From: Haliotis cracherodii
Taxonomy: Eukaryota
Length of the DNA: 64,000 bases
Assembly: GCF_022045235.1 (NCBI RefSeq)
Contig: NW_027266341.1
Span: 9,052,001-9,116,000, forward strand
Direction: 5' to 3'
The first letter of the stretch is position 1, and each line of letters begins with the position of its first letter. The position numbers were made by a program, and so were the translations under genes. Below the pieces are notes generated by a model, which saw nothing but the letters and a program-made list of their open reading frames with translations, was not told the DNA's origin and made no database searches. Shown here piece by piece: positions 63,356-64,000 of this stretch.

Positions 63356-63801
63356 TGGGAAACGCAATGATTGAGTATTTCACCTTAAAGCAATAAGCAC
63401 CATGTGCATCGGGTCTTACGATATCAGATTTATGGTGTCCTTAATAATTGGGTTCTAGTTCCCCGAAACGTTGTGGCGGATGTTGTCCATGCTGTCGTTG
63501 CTAGGAGCACGTTCGTGGTGTAGGTGTCAGTCTTCACATTCAGGTGAGCTACTGTAAGTTGTGAAATTAACAAATTAATGTCAGTGCTGAATAATGGCCT
63601 ATAAACTGCCCGTAGCCTTATTATAAAATTTTACAAACAGTCTCAGTAATCGGCAACTGGAAAAACAAGCTATTTAATTAAGGAATAACTATAAAACATT
63701 TCTCATGTTCAGGAAATTGTGTTTGTCGCTTTTATTAGAAAACCATGATATAATAGTTTGGAATTAGGTTAGCAGTTCTACCTGAGTCATTTGGTCTTTC
63801 T

Positions 63802-64000
63802 GACCCGTGAAGATTCCGGGGTAGAATAGGTCTTCAGCAACCCATGCTTGCCGTAAAAGGCGAGTATGCTTGTCGTACGAGGCGACTGACGGGATCGGGT
63901 GGTCAAGCTCGCTGACTTTGTTGATGCATGTCATCTTATCCCAATTGCGTGGATCGATGCTCATGATATCAATCACTGGAATGTCTGTCCAGACTCGATT
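63802..64000 (+). mobile_element. Nin-domain-like SINE (runs off window end)
   Basis: GACCCGTGAAGATTCCGGGGTAGAATAGGTCTTCAGCAACCC start; duplicated core. Confidence 0.9.

Overview
Repeat-rich, AT-rich eukaryotic (invertebrate) genomic DNA. The SINE repertoire suggests a gastropod mollusc, possibly abalone; that is inference from memory, not a database match. Almost all ORFs in the supplied track are spurious. The one well-supported host gene is missing from the track: the first two coding exons (51960-52050, 52512-52664, + strand) of an ionotropic glutamate receptor (signal peptide plus start of the amino-terminal domain), preceded by three uORFs. The rest of the window contains two long minisatellites (21 bp and 22 bp units), an ~8 kb near-tandem duplication (13316-21347 / 21684-29036), Tc1, mariner, R4/Dong, Crypton-like and Penelope-like relics, MITEs, and about 25 SINE copies from four families that share a LINE-like 3' tail. 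The duplicated unit carries a decayed L1/Tx1 LINE with a nested intron-containing MULE transposon. The most notable observations are a SINE 3'-transduction with source and daughter copies 4 kb apart, candidate ribozyme-like structures at retroelement ends, and a possible hidden minus-strand gene with a 740-codon open repeat exon. Everything was read by eye, so boundaries of decayed elements are approximate.
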